Below are positions 1-12,324 of a stretch of 64,000 nucleotides of DNA, in pieces. Position 1 is the stretch's first letter. Each line of letters begins with the position of its first letter. The DNA is from Azolla caroliniana (taxonomy: Eukaryota > Plantae > Polypodiophyta), in the NCBI GenBank assembly GCA_043228905.1, contig JBHGNT010000018.1:10044001-10108000 (forward strand), written 5' to 3'. Below the pieces are notes generated by a model. The model did no database searches, was not told the DNA's origin, and saw only the letters and a program-made list of their open reading frames with translations. Both the position numbers and the translations under genes were made by a program.

Positions 1-1505
1 GGATCGGCACGCAATGGAGGCGTCCGACAAGAGCAGAACAAGCGGCATAATCGAAATGTCGACAACAGTTCCGGACCCTCCACAAGTAGGGGAAGTCATG
101 GCGGCGTTGGAAGCCGACAAGAGAAGGTCGCGTCAAAATGTTGGTAATGTGGCAAGAAAGGCCACAAGGAGAGTGAGTGGTGGAAAAAGTGAGAGTTTCT
201 TATTCCTACGCTTTTGACTGTCGGTTACTATTCCGGCAGACAACACCGATTCGGACAAAGCCGGATCGAGCCGAAGAGACGCAAAGAGGCATCAGAGATC
301 GCACTACACAGAAGGCTATGAACGAACCGTAAACAAATCGGGCCCAGCCTTCGTAATGAAGCATAAGGCCAATTCTATGGCAATGAACACCTCGAAATCA
401 AGCGAGGTGTGGTATGTTGATTCCGGAGCGTCAAATCATATGACGAGTCACGAGGAATGGTTCTCGTACTTGAAGAAACCGAAATCGCAAGGAGTGGTCG
501 AAACGGGAGACGACACTCCGCATACCATCGAACATGTCGGCGAAGTTCCCCTCATCCACGTCGGGCAGAAAGGGAAACTCATGAACATGCTGCACGTCCC
601 GACAATAACGAAGAACCTGGTGTTGGTCAGTCAGATCGTTGACCAGAGAATGTAGGTTCGATTCACGCATCTCAACTGATTCATAGAAGAGGATGGCAAA
701 GTAATCGCGCAAGGGCGTCCTGAAGGGATGATGTTTATCCTCGACACTAATCAAGCTAGCACCACGTTGTATGCAAAAGGACAAAAGGTTGAATCGGATA
801 TCGACCTATGGCACAAGCGGTTCGACCATGTAAATTTCCCACGGCTTTGTGAGATGCAGACGAAGAACATTTTTTTCGGCTTGCCGAAATTTCAGGGCTG
901 TAATGGCCAACTCTGCAAAGCCTGTCAGATGGGAAAATAGCACCGACTTCCATTCCCCAATGAGCGTAATCGTAGTTGAAGTCCGCTGGCTTTGATCCAC
1001 TCGGATGTGTGGGGACCGCACAGAACGTGAGTCTTGGTGGAAGCCATTACTTTGTAACCTTCATCAACAACTTCACTCGGCACACGTGGGTATGCACGAT
1101 TGCGAAGAAGAGCGAAGTCTTCACATGTTTTCTGAAGGTGAAGAGCATTGCGGAAAGTGAAACAGGGCGTAAGATCAAATGCCTACGGTCCGATGGCGGG
1201 AACGAGTACTTCTCCGACCAGTTCACAAGTTATCTACAGAAGGAGGGAATTCGATGGGAATTGTCATGTAGATACACGCCGCAACAGAACGGTGTGGCCG
1301 AGCGGAAGAATCGGGTAATCGAAGAAGTGGCTAGGGCAATGCTTGAAGAGAAGCATATGCCGAAATTCTATTGGGCTGAAGCCGTGAGGATAGCTGTCTA
1401 CCTACAGAATCAGAATTCTGTTAATGGAGAAGTGTCGCCGCATGAGCTGTATTTCAAAAAAAGAAAGCCGAATGTACGACACTTGAGAGTTTTCGGTAGC
1501 ATTGC
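1..1505 (+). mobile_element. Ty1/Copia element 'Copia-1', 5' internal segment (gag zinc knuckle, protease, GAG-pre-integrase, integrase); degenerate, 5' LTR outside window
   Basis: WYVDSGASNHMT protease motif, LWHKRFDH..CKAC zinc finger, IKCLRSDGGNEY and YTPQQNGVAERKNR integrase motifs. Several stops and frameshifts. Frame resumes at 6504 (IAYVHVPKEKRRKLD). Confidence 0.95.
196..245. repeat. 50-bp terminal fragment of a Gypsy C-family LTR inside Copia-1 gag
   Basis: TTTCTTATTCCTACGCTTTTGACTGTCGGTTACTATTCCGGCAGACAACA matches the end of the LTR at ~35955-36004. Flanks are collinear with Copia-2 gag at ~2900-2930. Confidence 0.8.
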
Positions 1506-1993
1506 TGTTGAGAGACAAGCTCAACATCGGCCGGATCGGCTGTGCAAGACGGGAACTGGATCGGCTGGGACCGATCGGTTAGGCCGGACTGATGCGTAAA
1601 TCAGTATGCATAACATGGCCGTATCTGTGTGTAAAACGGATGCGTAAACGGTACGCAAACCGGTGCGTAACGAGAGGCCGTATCGGTGCGTAAACCGAAA
1701 GGCCATTAGAGAGATATTCCTCGTAAGGAATAATTTTGGGAGTGAGTGTCGAGGCTCATTTATGAGCAGTCAAGTATTGTCAGTACTTGTGTCAACCCGA
1801 TTGTCAGGGCTTGTATAAAAGTGCTCACTGAGCACATCCTATGTACAGATCGAGTATTATTTTTTGAATTAAGTTCGTGTGTTTACTCTCTCTCTGTCTC
1901 TCCCGTGCGTACTGTGCAAACCTAAGCTTTCCATTAAACCTGCGTTTTCTGTTGTTCGGTTTCCTATATTGCTTCCGCACGCCATTCTTTTCA
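1506..1993 (+). repeat. Copia-2 5' LTR
   Basis: Direct repeat of 6016-6503. TGTTGAGA...TTTTCA, TATAAAA near 1814, repeated (C/T)GGTGCGTAAAC-like motifs in U3. Confidence 0.97.
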
Positions 1994-2005
1994 TGGTATC
2001 AGAGC
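1994..2005 (+). promoter_or_regulatory. Primer-binding site, tRNA-iMet
   Basis: TGGTATCAGAGC immediately after the 5' LTR. Confidence 0.95.
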
Positions 2006-3145
2006 GCGAGTGTTGAGAACCTCTGCAGTCGACTTTGCTTGAAGGAAAAACCAATGAAGAAGAACAAGAAAACCGATGGACAGAGGAATGGCTAGCTCGC
2101 TTCCGACAGAGAAGCTCGACAAAACCAACTACGCATCTTGGTCCTACAGGATGCACCAGTACCTGCTCGGACATGGTTACTGGAGCTATGTGGATGGAGC
2201 AAATGACACAACACCCAATTCGACACACAAAGACTTCCTGGCGTGGGAACAATCGGCGAGAAGAGTGCTATACTGTTTCGCGTCTTGTGTGGGCGAACAA
2301 CTATTAAGCTACGTTCGGGATGCAAAAACGCCGAAGGGTGCGTGGGAAAATCTGAAGAAGATCTTCGCCGCGAGCACCACATCCAAGAAGCTTCAGCTCC
2401 AACATGAGTTGATCAACCTACGACAACACGATTTGTCGGTGGCTGACTATACCTCGATGATCAAGGAAATATGCGATTCCTTAGCTTCCATCAATGTGAA
2501 CATCGAGGAAACCGAGATGGTCCACGTCTGTCTCAGGGGTTTGGCATCAAAGTTCGGGCCATTCCGAACTGCTGTGTGTACACAGGAGAATACTTGTTGT
2601 TTTTCGACTTATAGTTGATGCTCCTTATAGAGGAGAACCATGCGGGTGCGTCGACAAGCACGCATGCCGACATCAAGATGTTGTACACAGAGGGAGATAG
2701 GCCCCATGGTCGTGGCGGACGAGGCGAGTCGGTACGCAATGGACGCGGCCGACGGGATCAAGGAAGAAGGCACCGAAGTGATGCCGATAGCAATTCCGGA
2801 CCCTCCGGAAATAGGGGGAGTCGAGGCGACGAGAACCGGCAAGGGAAATCCATCGCGGAATGCTGGTACTATGGAAAGAAAGGCCATAGGGAGAGCGAGT
2901 GCTGGAAAAAGCGCGCCGAGTCGGATAGGACCGGGTCCGAACATACCGACAAAGGAAACCGGCAGCGATCGCACTACGCCGAAGGATCCAGAAATCGTGA
3001 CGAGACACGAAGCAAACTCAATGAAGCAGATCACCCCGAAATCGGACGAGGTGTGGTACGTCGACTCCGGCGCGTCAAATCACATGACAAGCCATAAGGA
3101 GTGGTTCTCATACCTAGAAAAACCGATGCAACCGGGAGTAGTAGC

Positions 3146-3889
3146 TGACGGGAACTACAACGTTCCTTATGCGCAATGCTCGGCCACAACCAAGCTTAGA
3201 ATGATACACAGAAAACGGGAAATAAAACGCGACACAAAGGAGAGACAAGGTACACAAGAGGTTTACGTGGAAAACCCCAAACTAGGGGAAAAACCACAGC
3301 AGCCCACAGGCTGCAAACTATCACTATGATGGAATGTACAACACTGAGTTCACTAAGGCACCGACCTCGTGCTCACAAATTTTCGCCATAGGCAGTGCTT
3401 ACAACAGAGGCAACGACCTCTTTCTCTCTCTCTCTCTCTGTACAGTTACGCACACTCTCTATTCTTGCACCAACAAGAATGACAACAACGAGTTACACAT
3501 ATTTGCCCTAAGTCATATTTATACTAATATGACTTTTCGGCTATTTACAAATATAGCCACGATGGGCTCTCAGAAACATATTTACGAATATGTCTCTTCC
3601 TCCGGTTCTCACCGGGTCTGCGTCATTTGGCTCTCCGTAGCCGGGTGCTCCTCATCCGGTTCACACCGGGTCTGCACCATCCGGCTCTCCATAGCCGGGT
3701 ACTCCTCATCCGGTTCACACCGGGTCTGCACCATCCGGCTCTCCGTAGCTTGGTACTCCTCATCCGGTTCACACCGGGCCTGCACCATTCGGCTCTCCGT
3801 AGCCGGGTACTCCTCATCCGGTTTAGGGACGGATTGTTCGTCGGCACTGTTCTTCTCCCTTCCCATCCGGAGGGACCTGTCTCCCAACA
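3146..3889 (-). mobile_element. Solo LTR of Copia family F
   Basis: TGACGGGAAC...CTCCCAACA, homologous to 43423-44222 and 58434-59105. Near-TSD GTAGC/GTCGC. Interrupts Copia-2 protease. Confidence 0.9.
3601..3816. repeat. 54-bp tandem repeat x4 within family F LTR
   Basis: Unit TCCGGTTCACACCGGGTCTGCACCATCCGGCTCTCCGTAGCCGGGTACTCCTCA. Confidence 0.95.
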
Positions 3890-6004
3890 GTCGCAACTAG
3901 AGACGACACTTCGTATCCGATCGCGAATGTCGGAGAAGTTCCCCTGAGCCATGTCGAGCAGAAAGGGAAACTCATGAACGTGCTACACGTTCCGACAATC
4001 ACGAAGAACTTGGTGTCGGTCGGGCAGATTGTCAACCAAGGGATGGAGGTCCGGTTTACACACATCGGGTGCTTCATTGAGGAAGAAGACTGTGTTATTG
4101 CGCAAGGGCGCAGAGATGGGAGGATGTTCATCCTCGACTCTACTGAGGGTGGCACCGCAATGTTTGCGAAGGGACAAAAAGTTGAGTCAGACATCAACTT
4201 ATGGCAGAAGCGGATAGGCCACGTCAACTACCAGCGGCTTCAAGACCTGCAATCGAAACAAGTGGTGTTCGGATTGCCCAAATTTAGTCAGCCGCGACAT
4301 TGTGTTTGACAAGTCCGCGTCCTAGTACTTGCCTCCGACTCCGGACCTCACCTCCAATCTGAGTTCTGACGATGAGGTCAACGAGGCCGAGATGCCTCCG
4401 GATGAGCCTGAAATCGGGATCCGCGAAGAGAGTCTGATTTCGTTTCGGTTAAGTGGACCGAATGGACGACTGAGTCGGTTCGACCAGTCTGATGAAGAGC
4501 CGGCGAGTAGTGGAGACTCGACCGTACATTCCCCACGCACGAAGCCGAGGAGACGGCTTACGCAAAAGAGAAAGGGAAGAAGAAGGTGTCTGATTCCGGC
4601 ACGGATAGGAACGAGTTAGACCGATGCGAGTCCGACTCCGAGGGAAGCGGTGACAAGTCTTCAAGAGCAAAGTCCGCGTCGGCCGAGAAGACCTCGAACT
4701 CGGCTAATGACCGATTACGCCGATCTACCCGGCAGAAGAACCCAGTTATGCGGTTTGGATACAATGAGTACACGGCGCATCATTATGCGTACATGACTCG
4801 TGTAGTGGAAGTGTGTGAGCCGGAGAGCTAGGCAGAAGCTGCCAAAGACGCGAACTAGTGCGCCACGATGGATGAAGAGATGCACGCATTGGCGGAAAAC
4901 GAGAGCTGGGACCTGGTTGATGCACCGAAGGGTGTGAAGACGATCGGATGTAGGTGGGTGTACAAGGTCAAGTACAACACCGACGGCTCGGTCAACCGAT
5001 ACAAGGCCCGGATAGTGGCAAAAGGCTACGCGTAGAAACAAGGCATCGACTACGATGAGACGTTTGCGCCGGTCTCGAAGATGATGACTATCCATGTTTT
5101 GCTCGCGGTAGCTGCGGCAAAGGGGTGGCACTTACATCCGATGGATGTAAAGAATGCGTTCCTGCAAGGTGAGCTTGAGGAACAAGTGTACATGGTACAA
5201 CTCCCCGGATTTCACTCCGGAACGAACACGTCGGCAGTGTGCCGGTTGAAGAAGTCCCTTTACGGACTGAAGCAAGCCCCGCGTGCCTGGAATGCGAAGA
5301 TCAGGCAGCAACTGCGTCGGATGGGCTTTGCAACGTCAAAATCGAACTCTTCCCAATTCATCCGGAAAGGTCGACTCGGTCCGGTTAGTATTTTACTATA
5401 TGTTGATGACTTGGTCATCACCGACGCCGACCTAGGTGAAATTAACCGTGTGAAGCTCCAGCTTGCCACATCATTCAACATGAAGGATCTGGGGGACCTT
5501 CATTACTTCCTCGGGATCGAAGTGATCCGCACCCCCGAAGGCATACTGATCAACCAACGTCATTACGCGCTGAATATGATCTTCAAATTCGGGATGGAAG
5601 ACTGTAAGTCCGTCTCGACTCCTCTGAATCGAATCGTCAAGCTTTGCCCCGAGTCTGGTAAGGTATGAGACCCGACGAGGTTCCGACAAATAGTCGGCAA
5701 CCTTATATACTTAACCATCACCCGACCAGATCTTAGCTACCCAGTCGGGGTGATCAGTCAGTTCATGGCGCGACCTACCGAAGAGCACCTTTAGTGTGCG
5801 CAACGCGTACTGCGGTACGTAAGCGACACTAAGGATTGGGGGTTGCTATATCGGACCAGTACAGCCTCGTAGTTGGTCGACTATACTGATGCTGATTGGG
5901 CGAAGCGCGCGGAGTCAAACAGACCGAGGAGCGCGAGCAAGGCGTGGAGCCAGGAGGAACCGGAGCGGTGATCCGGAAGATCCGGAAGAGCCTCAAGTTG
6001 AGCT

Positions 6005-6503
6005 TGAGGGGGGAGTGTTGAGAGACAAGCTCAACATCGGCTAGATCGGCTGTGCAAGCTGGGAACCGGATTGGCTGGGACCAATCGGTTAGGCCAGACT
6101 GATGCGTAAATCGGTACGCATAACATGGCCATATCGGTGTGTAAAACGGATGCGTAAACGGTACGCAAACCGGTGCGTAACGAGAGGCCGTATCGGTGTG
6201 TAAACCGAAAGGCCGTTAGAGAGATATTCCTCGTAAGGAATAATTTTGGGAGTGAGTGTCGAGGCTCATTTATGAGCAGTCAAGTACTGTCAGTACTTGT
6301 GTCAGCCCGATTGTCAGGGCTTGTATAAAAGTGCTCACTGAGCACATCCTATCTACAGATCGAGCATTATTTTTTGAATTAAGTTCGTGTGTTTACTCTC
6401 TCTCTGTCTCTCCCGTGCGTACTGTGCAAACCTAAGCTTTCCATTAAACCTGCGTTTTCTGTTGTTCGGTTTCCTATATTGCTTCCGCACGCCATTATTT
6501 TCA
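6005..6503 (+). repeat. Copia-2 PPT (6005-6015) and 3' LTR (6016-6503)
   Basis: G-rich purine tract (GAGGGGGGAG) then TGTTGAGAGAC; repeat of 1506-1993. Confidence 0.95.
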
Positions 6504-8653
6504 ATTGCATATGTGCATGTGCCAAAGGAAAAGAGGAGGAAGCTGGATGCCAAAGCCGAAAAGTGCATCTTAGCCAGCTATCCAGACGAGCAGAAGGGGT
6601 ATAAATGTTATAACCCCCGAACAAAGGAAGTAAGCATAAGTCGAGATGTCGTGTTCGATGATTCCGCTTCATGGTACTTGGCTACACCTCCAATACCTCA
6701 CGACTCCATTCCGAATTCTGAGGAAGAAGTCAACGAGGCTGAGATGCCTCTGGATAATGAGGAAATCATAGCTCTGAGAGAGAGTCCGATGTCATTTTGG
6801 CTAAGTGGGCCGAATGAAGGGTTGAGCCGAAATGACCAACCTATTGAAGAGACGGCGAGTAGTGGAGACTCGGCCGTGATGTCCCCGTGTAAAGAACCGA
6901 GGAGACGGTTTACGAGTAAAGAGAAGGGCAAGAAGAAAATGCTAGAATACAACTTCGGTAGTGCCGAGTCTGATTGGAGCGAGTTTGACTATGGGAAAAC
7001 TGATAAGGAACCTCTACAGAAGAGGTCGACAGTACCCGAAAAGGTCGTGAAATCGGGTAAGCACAAATTACGCCGATCTACCCGCCTTAAGAACCCTGTA
7101 AAGAGATACGGGTATAATGAGTACATGGCGCACCATTACGCGTACATGATGTGAGTGGCGGAAGTGCGTGAGTTGGAGAGCTACGCAGAAGCGACGAAAG
7201 ACGTGAATTGGCGTGCTGCGATGGAGGAAGAGATGCGCGCTCTGACTGATAATGAGACTTGGGACCTATTTGACTCACTGAAGGGTGTAAAACTGATCGG
7301 ATGTAGGTGGGTGTATGAAGTGAAATACAATACCGACGGCTCAGTCAATCGATACAAGGCCCGCTTAGTGGCGAAAGGCTACGCGCAGAAGCATGGTGTG
7401 GACTACAACGAGACCTTCGCGCCTGTCGCGAAGATGACTTCCGTGCGTGTTCTACTAGCCGTAGCTGCGGCAAAGGGGTGGCACTTACATCAGATGGATG
7501 TAAAGAATGTGCTCCTGCAAGGTGATCTTGAGGAACAGGTGTACATGGTACAACCCCCCTGGGCCAGATTTCCGAACAAAATACCTCGGCAATTTGCCGA
7601 TTGAAGAAGTCACTATACGGACTTAAGCAAGCCCCACGATCCTAGAATGCAAAGATTACGCAATAGTTGCGTAGGATGGGGTTTACGACGTCGAAATCAG
7701 ACTCTTCACTATTTGTTCGGCAAGTTCAATATGGACCGGTAAGTCTTCTACTTTATCCATCGCAAAAAGTCTAAGCTTGCGGCATCATTCGAAATGAAGG
7801 ATCTTGGTGACCTTTATTACTTCCTCGAGATCGAAGTGATCCGCAACCCCGAAGGCATATTGATTAGTCAGCGTCATTACGCACTGAATATGCTCTTCAC
7901 GTTCGGGATGGCAGACTGTAAGCCCATCTCGACCCCTCTGGACAGAAATGTACAACTTCGCCAAGATTCGGGAAAGGCGTGTGACCTGACAAGGTTCCGA
8001 CAGATTGTCGGAAGCCTCATCTATTTGACTATTACTCGACCGAACCTCAGTTACCCGGTCGGACCAGTAAATTCATGTCGTGGCCTACGGTCGAACACTT
8101 TCAGTGCGCGCAAAGGATATTGCGATATGTCAACGGCACGAAAGACATGGCATTGCTATAATGAGCAAGCGTAGCCGAACAGTTGGTTGGCTACAAAGAT
8201 GCCGATTGGGCCGGAAACGCTAGTGATCGTAGATCCACATCCGGATACACCTTCTCATTAGGAAATGCGGCGATCACGTGGAGCAGCAAAAAGCAGCCGA
8301 CAGTGGCATTGTCGAGCACGGAGGCTGAATATTGAGGGGCGACTGTCGCTACATGCGAAGTCATTTGGCTGAAATGACTATTACGGATCTGCATGTAGAG
8401 GTGTCTGATCCGACGATCATTTATTGTGACAACCTCAGCAATATCCACCTTGTGAAAAACCTTGTGTTCCACGCCCGGACCAAGCACATTGAGGTGCATT
8501 ACCATTTTGTCCGTGAGCGGGTCCTTTCAAGTGAAGTCAAACTAGCGTATGTTCCGACGTATCGGCAGGTTGCCGACATCTTCACCAAGCCTCTTGGTCT
8601 CGACAAGTTACGACATTTCTCAGGTGAGCTAGGGTTGCGTCACCTCGACACGC
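6504..8653 (+). pseudogene. Copia-1 pol continuation (INT C-terminus, RT, RNase H)
   Basis: [51 protein letters not shown]; frameshifts and stops. Confidence 0.93.
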
Positions 8654-9074
8654 TGTTGTTCTCTGACCGGACAAGGCCTAACACAAGGTGTCGCGGAGAC
8701 ACTTCACCAAAGGGTGATTACGACATAGGATTATGACTCAACGATTACACCGACTTAAGTAGGTTACACGATTAGAGCGCTTTTGTTAATTACACGCGTA
8801 AGATATAACAGTAATTACAGAACGGAAATCAACACAGAAGTATAAACACCATACGCTCTATTAATTATCCGCTGCGATTACAATGGGGTCCGGGCCTTTA
8901 AATAGGTTTCCGGCCCGTAGTACAAAACGGTGCCTATCGCACCTATTCGGGATCCGTCCGGATCTGGAACGGCATACCGTTTCCAGTCCGTCCGTCCATA
9001 CTATGCTTATTTACAACCATACTTAATTAATTCCTTCACTCCGTATTTTGGACTCCTTGCCGGCCGGTAACACA

Positions 9075-9112
9075 TGGCACGCCCGTGGGACAGTACCTTG
9101 TACGTCGAACCC
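9075..9112 (+). promoter_or_regulatory. Inverted tRNA-complementary site at the PPT position of element A
   Basis: TGGCACGCCCGTGGGAC + 13 nt + TCGAACCC, 2 nt from the 3' LTR. No purine tract on the element sense strand here. Confidence 0.75.
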
Positions 9113-9124
9113 TTCTCGGCCCCT

Positions 9125-11794
9125 TCATTGTTCACCCAAATTGTCCAAAATACTTTGTTCCAGAGTTTCCAATTGTTCTTCCGGTTGTGGTTGTTGTGGC
9201 TGTGCTTGCTGCTGCTGCTGTGGTTGCGGTTGGGACTGAGACTGCTCCGGCTGCTCTATAGGCGGCTGCTCCGTTTGTTTCTCTGACTCCGGCATCCCCG
9301 TTTGACTGCTTCCGGTCCGGTCTCCTTCCAGTAACGGTTCCTCATCACTGAGGTTGACCGTTACTGGTTCTCGTGCTTTCTCTTCCCGGATCCGGGACCT
9401 CTCGTAGCTTTCAAACTAGATCTGCGCCTCCAGCTTGTCGTCGTCCAGCTGAGCTACAAGTTGCCGGACTTGCCCTAGTTGGTCCTCTGCCAAGGCTTGA
9501 AAGTCTTCGGCCAGCTCATCTCTTATGCCGGTGAAGTCTTCGGAAGTCAGCATATAGCAATCATCTCCCTCCTTCCGCCGGTTCTCTACGTCGGCCCGGA
9601 GCAATTGGAGTTCCGCCGCGTTCGGGGCCCACTTGGTCCACCATTTGACGGAACCGTTGTCAATCAAGCTCTTGGTCTGGTTCAACCAGGCCCGCATGAT
9701 ATCCTGGATGCGACTTGCTCCCATTTGCGCTCTACTTTCCACAACTTGTCGTTCCTCCTTCAACTGCTTGATGAGATTAGCCGTATCCTCCGCCTGCTCT
9801 CTGTAGCGCGTCAGCTGCCCTTGATATGTTGTTTGCAGCCTCTGTAGTACCTCCGCCGCTCTTTCTCTTTCCGCCTGCTGTTGCCTGAGGAGCTCTGTCC
9901 GAACCTTCTCCGCCTCTTCCAACCGTCTTCTGGTTTCCGCTTGTTCATTAGCGTATGCCGTTGCGGTCCGATCAACTGCTTGCCGGAGCTCATCCGTCCG
10001 TTCCTTGTGCTCCGTTTGCAACCGTTTATACTCCCGGTGCATGTGCTCAAATTCCTCCGTTTTTTGTTTGAGCTTGCCGTTGATCTGGCGATGGTTCCGG
10101 TCCTCCCGGTCCTTTAGCTGCCGGAGTTCCTCTTTCAGGCGCTCTACTTCTGTTTCGGCGTTTCTCCGGAGCCTGTCCTTCTCTTGCAGCATTTTCTCCT
10201 TCTCCTCCTTGAGCCGGTCGTACGCTTGGTGGCCTTTTCGTAAGCTCTCCTCGGCCCAGCGTAGATTCTCAGCAGTCTTTTTGAGTTCTGCCTCCACTGC
10301 CGTCTTCAACTCTCTTTCGCGGCTCCTCAGCACTTCTTGGGCAGCTAGCTCATCCTTTAAGTCCGCAAGCTCTTGGGCTTGTGCCGCATTTCTCTCCGGA
10401 ACGGTTTCCGTTGCCGGGGTCTGATTGCTATGTACAGGTTGATCTGACGCTTTATTCTATACATTGCCCGGAGTCACCGGTGCTTGGACTTGTGTTGTCA
10501 AAGCCAATTGAGCCATTTCCCTTGTGACCCTGTCCAAGTCTTGTTCAAGGCTCCGGATTCTGGACCGGGCCGTCTCTAGATCTACGGTTGTGACGAGCAA
10601 CCGTTCGTGGTGCGCTCTCTCCTCCGCCTCTATGTACTCGACCGCTCCGGCGATTTGCTCGCCTACCCACCGTAGCCACATGCTACTGGTGCCTTGCTGC
10701 TGTACTGGTCGGGTCGGCTCGTTCACTGTGGAATTGTCTGGCCTGAGTGCCTGTATCTGCCGTTCTGGTTCTACTCCTTGGCCGCTGTGTGTGCTGGCTG
10801 GGCTCGCCGGCTGTTGAGTTCCGGTTCTCGCCGTCTCCGGAGCCGTTGGAATGACTTCTTGTATAGAAGTCGACAAGGCCGGTTCTATACGCACCGGTTC
10901 CGGATCCTCCCTTGTGGTTTGCTCAGGTTGAGTTGGGGGCGTTTCTTCCTTTTGCGGGTCCGAACGCTCCCCCGCTGTCCCGGCGGTCCTACTTCTTGAC
11001 CGTCGTTGGAGGTGCTCTACTGGCTCCTCCGTTTCCTCTTCCTGGGTAACGGCATGTATCTGTGCCGTCAAGGGTTCCGGTTCCTTCTGTCCCGGTCACC
11101 GTATGGTTATCTTAACGGGTCGGACCGGTGACACCTCCTCCGGTTCTGGGAGCCGTTTCTTCCCTTTTGTCGCCTTCGACGCCAGCAGCTGCTGTCGTTT
11201 GGACGCGGGTTTCGAGGTGCTTCCTTCCGATAATCTTGGCCGCTTCTTTGGCTGGACGGTCTCGACCGGCAGCGCGAGCAATGTTATCCACTGAGCTATG
11301 GCATGCCACAGCTTCCGGCCCTCCTTGCCGTCCTTTCCTCGTACCGTGTCGATTGCCGCGCACAAACCGTCTGCAATCAACACCGGCCAATCCACCTTGA
11401 TCCCTTCATAGGTGGCTATGATCATCCCTGCCTGATTTTTTGGCATGACAGGGGGTCGGGGGTACACGTGGCCGTACTCATGAAGCACTCGAGCTATCTC
11501 CCTGAATAGCGGATCTTCGCCGCCCTGCGTTCGATAGCCTTTGCCGGCTAGAGAGTACTCACCGAAATATCGGATGAGTTGCTCCGAGGTTGGGTTATCG
11601 ATCTGAAAAATACCTCCCTCCGGAAGGCCTGTTAGCGCACGGATCGCTTCCTCGGTGATGACTTCTGTGTCGAGCTCCTTGATGACCCGGTCGGCTTCTT
11701 TGTGCGGTGGTGCCTCCATGATGGTCAAGAACCCATCCAGTCCGTGTTGCCTGAGCCATTTCCTGGCCGCTTCCGACAACGTTTGTGGTTCCAT
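9125..11794 (-). pseudogene. Extra ORF of element A (~890 codons: globular N-terminus, low-complexity linker, long coiled coil, conserved C-terminal helix)
   Basis: ORF-track pieces 11096-12094, 10457-11071 and 9416-10333 share one frame, broken by single stops at 11096, 10457 and 9416. Homologs in elements C and E. Confidence 0.85.
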
Positions 11795-12324
11795 GTCTGC
11801 TTCGAGGTCGAGGAAAGATGGCGAGGTAGAGTGGTGATGAGAGTGAGAGCGAGAGAGAGAGAGTTCCGAACGTGGGGGTTCTCTGAGTGCAGGTTCGCGT
11901 TTGCTAAGCTTCCACCGCCTTGGTGCTTCTGTGCTTCTTGGCTCGCGAAATGAAAAGGTCTCCATGCGTTCTGCTTTTTCTCTGTGCGTCTTGGCGCCTT
12001 TTTCGAGCATGCGCACGTCGTGTACCAATTTAGTATTAAGTAACATGGCGGCTCTTAAATGCCCATTGCGTACCTTTTCGCTCCTTGCTTTCACGTCCGT
12101 TCATACCTCGATTTTTAATGATTTTTTTTTATTTTTTTATTTTTTTTTATAATGACGGTATGTGATCTTACACATCCGTAGGTCCCTTCGGACCCTTACC
12201 GTTTTCCTTACGGGTTGCCGTGTCTTCCTTCGCCTCTGCTACGGGTTCCCGGTCGTCTTTTTCTTCCATCTGTACCGTTCCCGGACAGGTTCCCGGTATA
12301 GTGCCGGTGGGCTGCATAAACGGG

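Larger units (their letters stand above)
2087..5905 (+). pseudogene. Copia-2 gag-pol (gag, PR, partial INT region, RT); integrase core and most of RNase H deleted
   Basis: MASSLPTEKLDKTNYASW gag start, WYVDSGASNHMT, LLYVDDLVI. Jump from GLPKFS to SRDIVFD near 4290 and from DADWA to the 3' UTR near 5905. Many stops. Confidence 0.9.
1506..6503 (+). mobile_element. Ty1/Copia element 'Copia-2', both LTRs present, internally deleted, nested in Copia-1 integrase
   Basis: 488-bp LTRs (TG...CA) at 1506-1993 and 6016-6503. TSD ATTGC at 1501-1505 and 6504-6508. PBS and PPT present. Confidence 0.97.

Noticed and set aside
3601-3816. 54-bp repeats as a CRISPR array or a repeat protein (SSSGSHRVCTIRLSVAGY)n
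   Set aside because: Head-to-tail units with no unique spacers, no cas genes, and located inside an LTR. Open frames follow from the unit length being a multiple of 3.
9075-9112. A true tRNA gene at the inverted site
   Set aside because: Only the 3' third of a tRNA is matched, it includes an encoded CCA and an insert, and there are no D or anticodon arms.
9416-9418. TAG at the same position of the extra ORF in A and E (51629) as programmed readthrough
   Set aside because: Downstream contexts differ and lack a CARYYA-type signal. C is open here, and CAG>TAG decay is common in the window. Weak unless seen in young copies.
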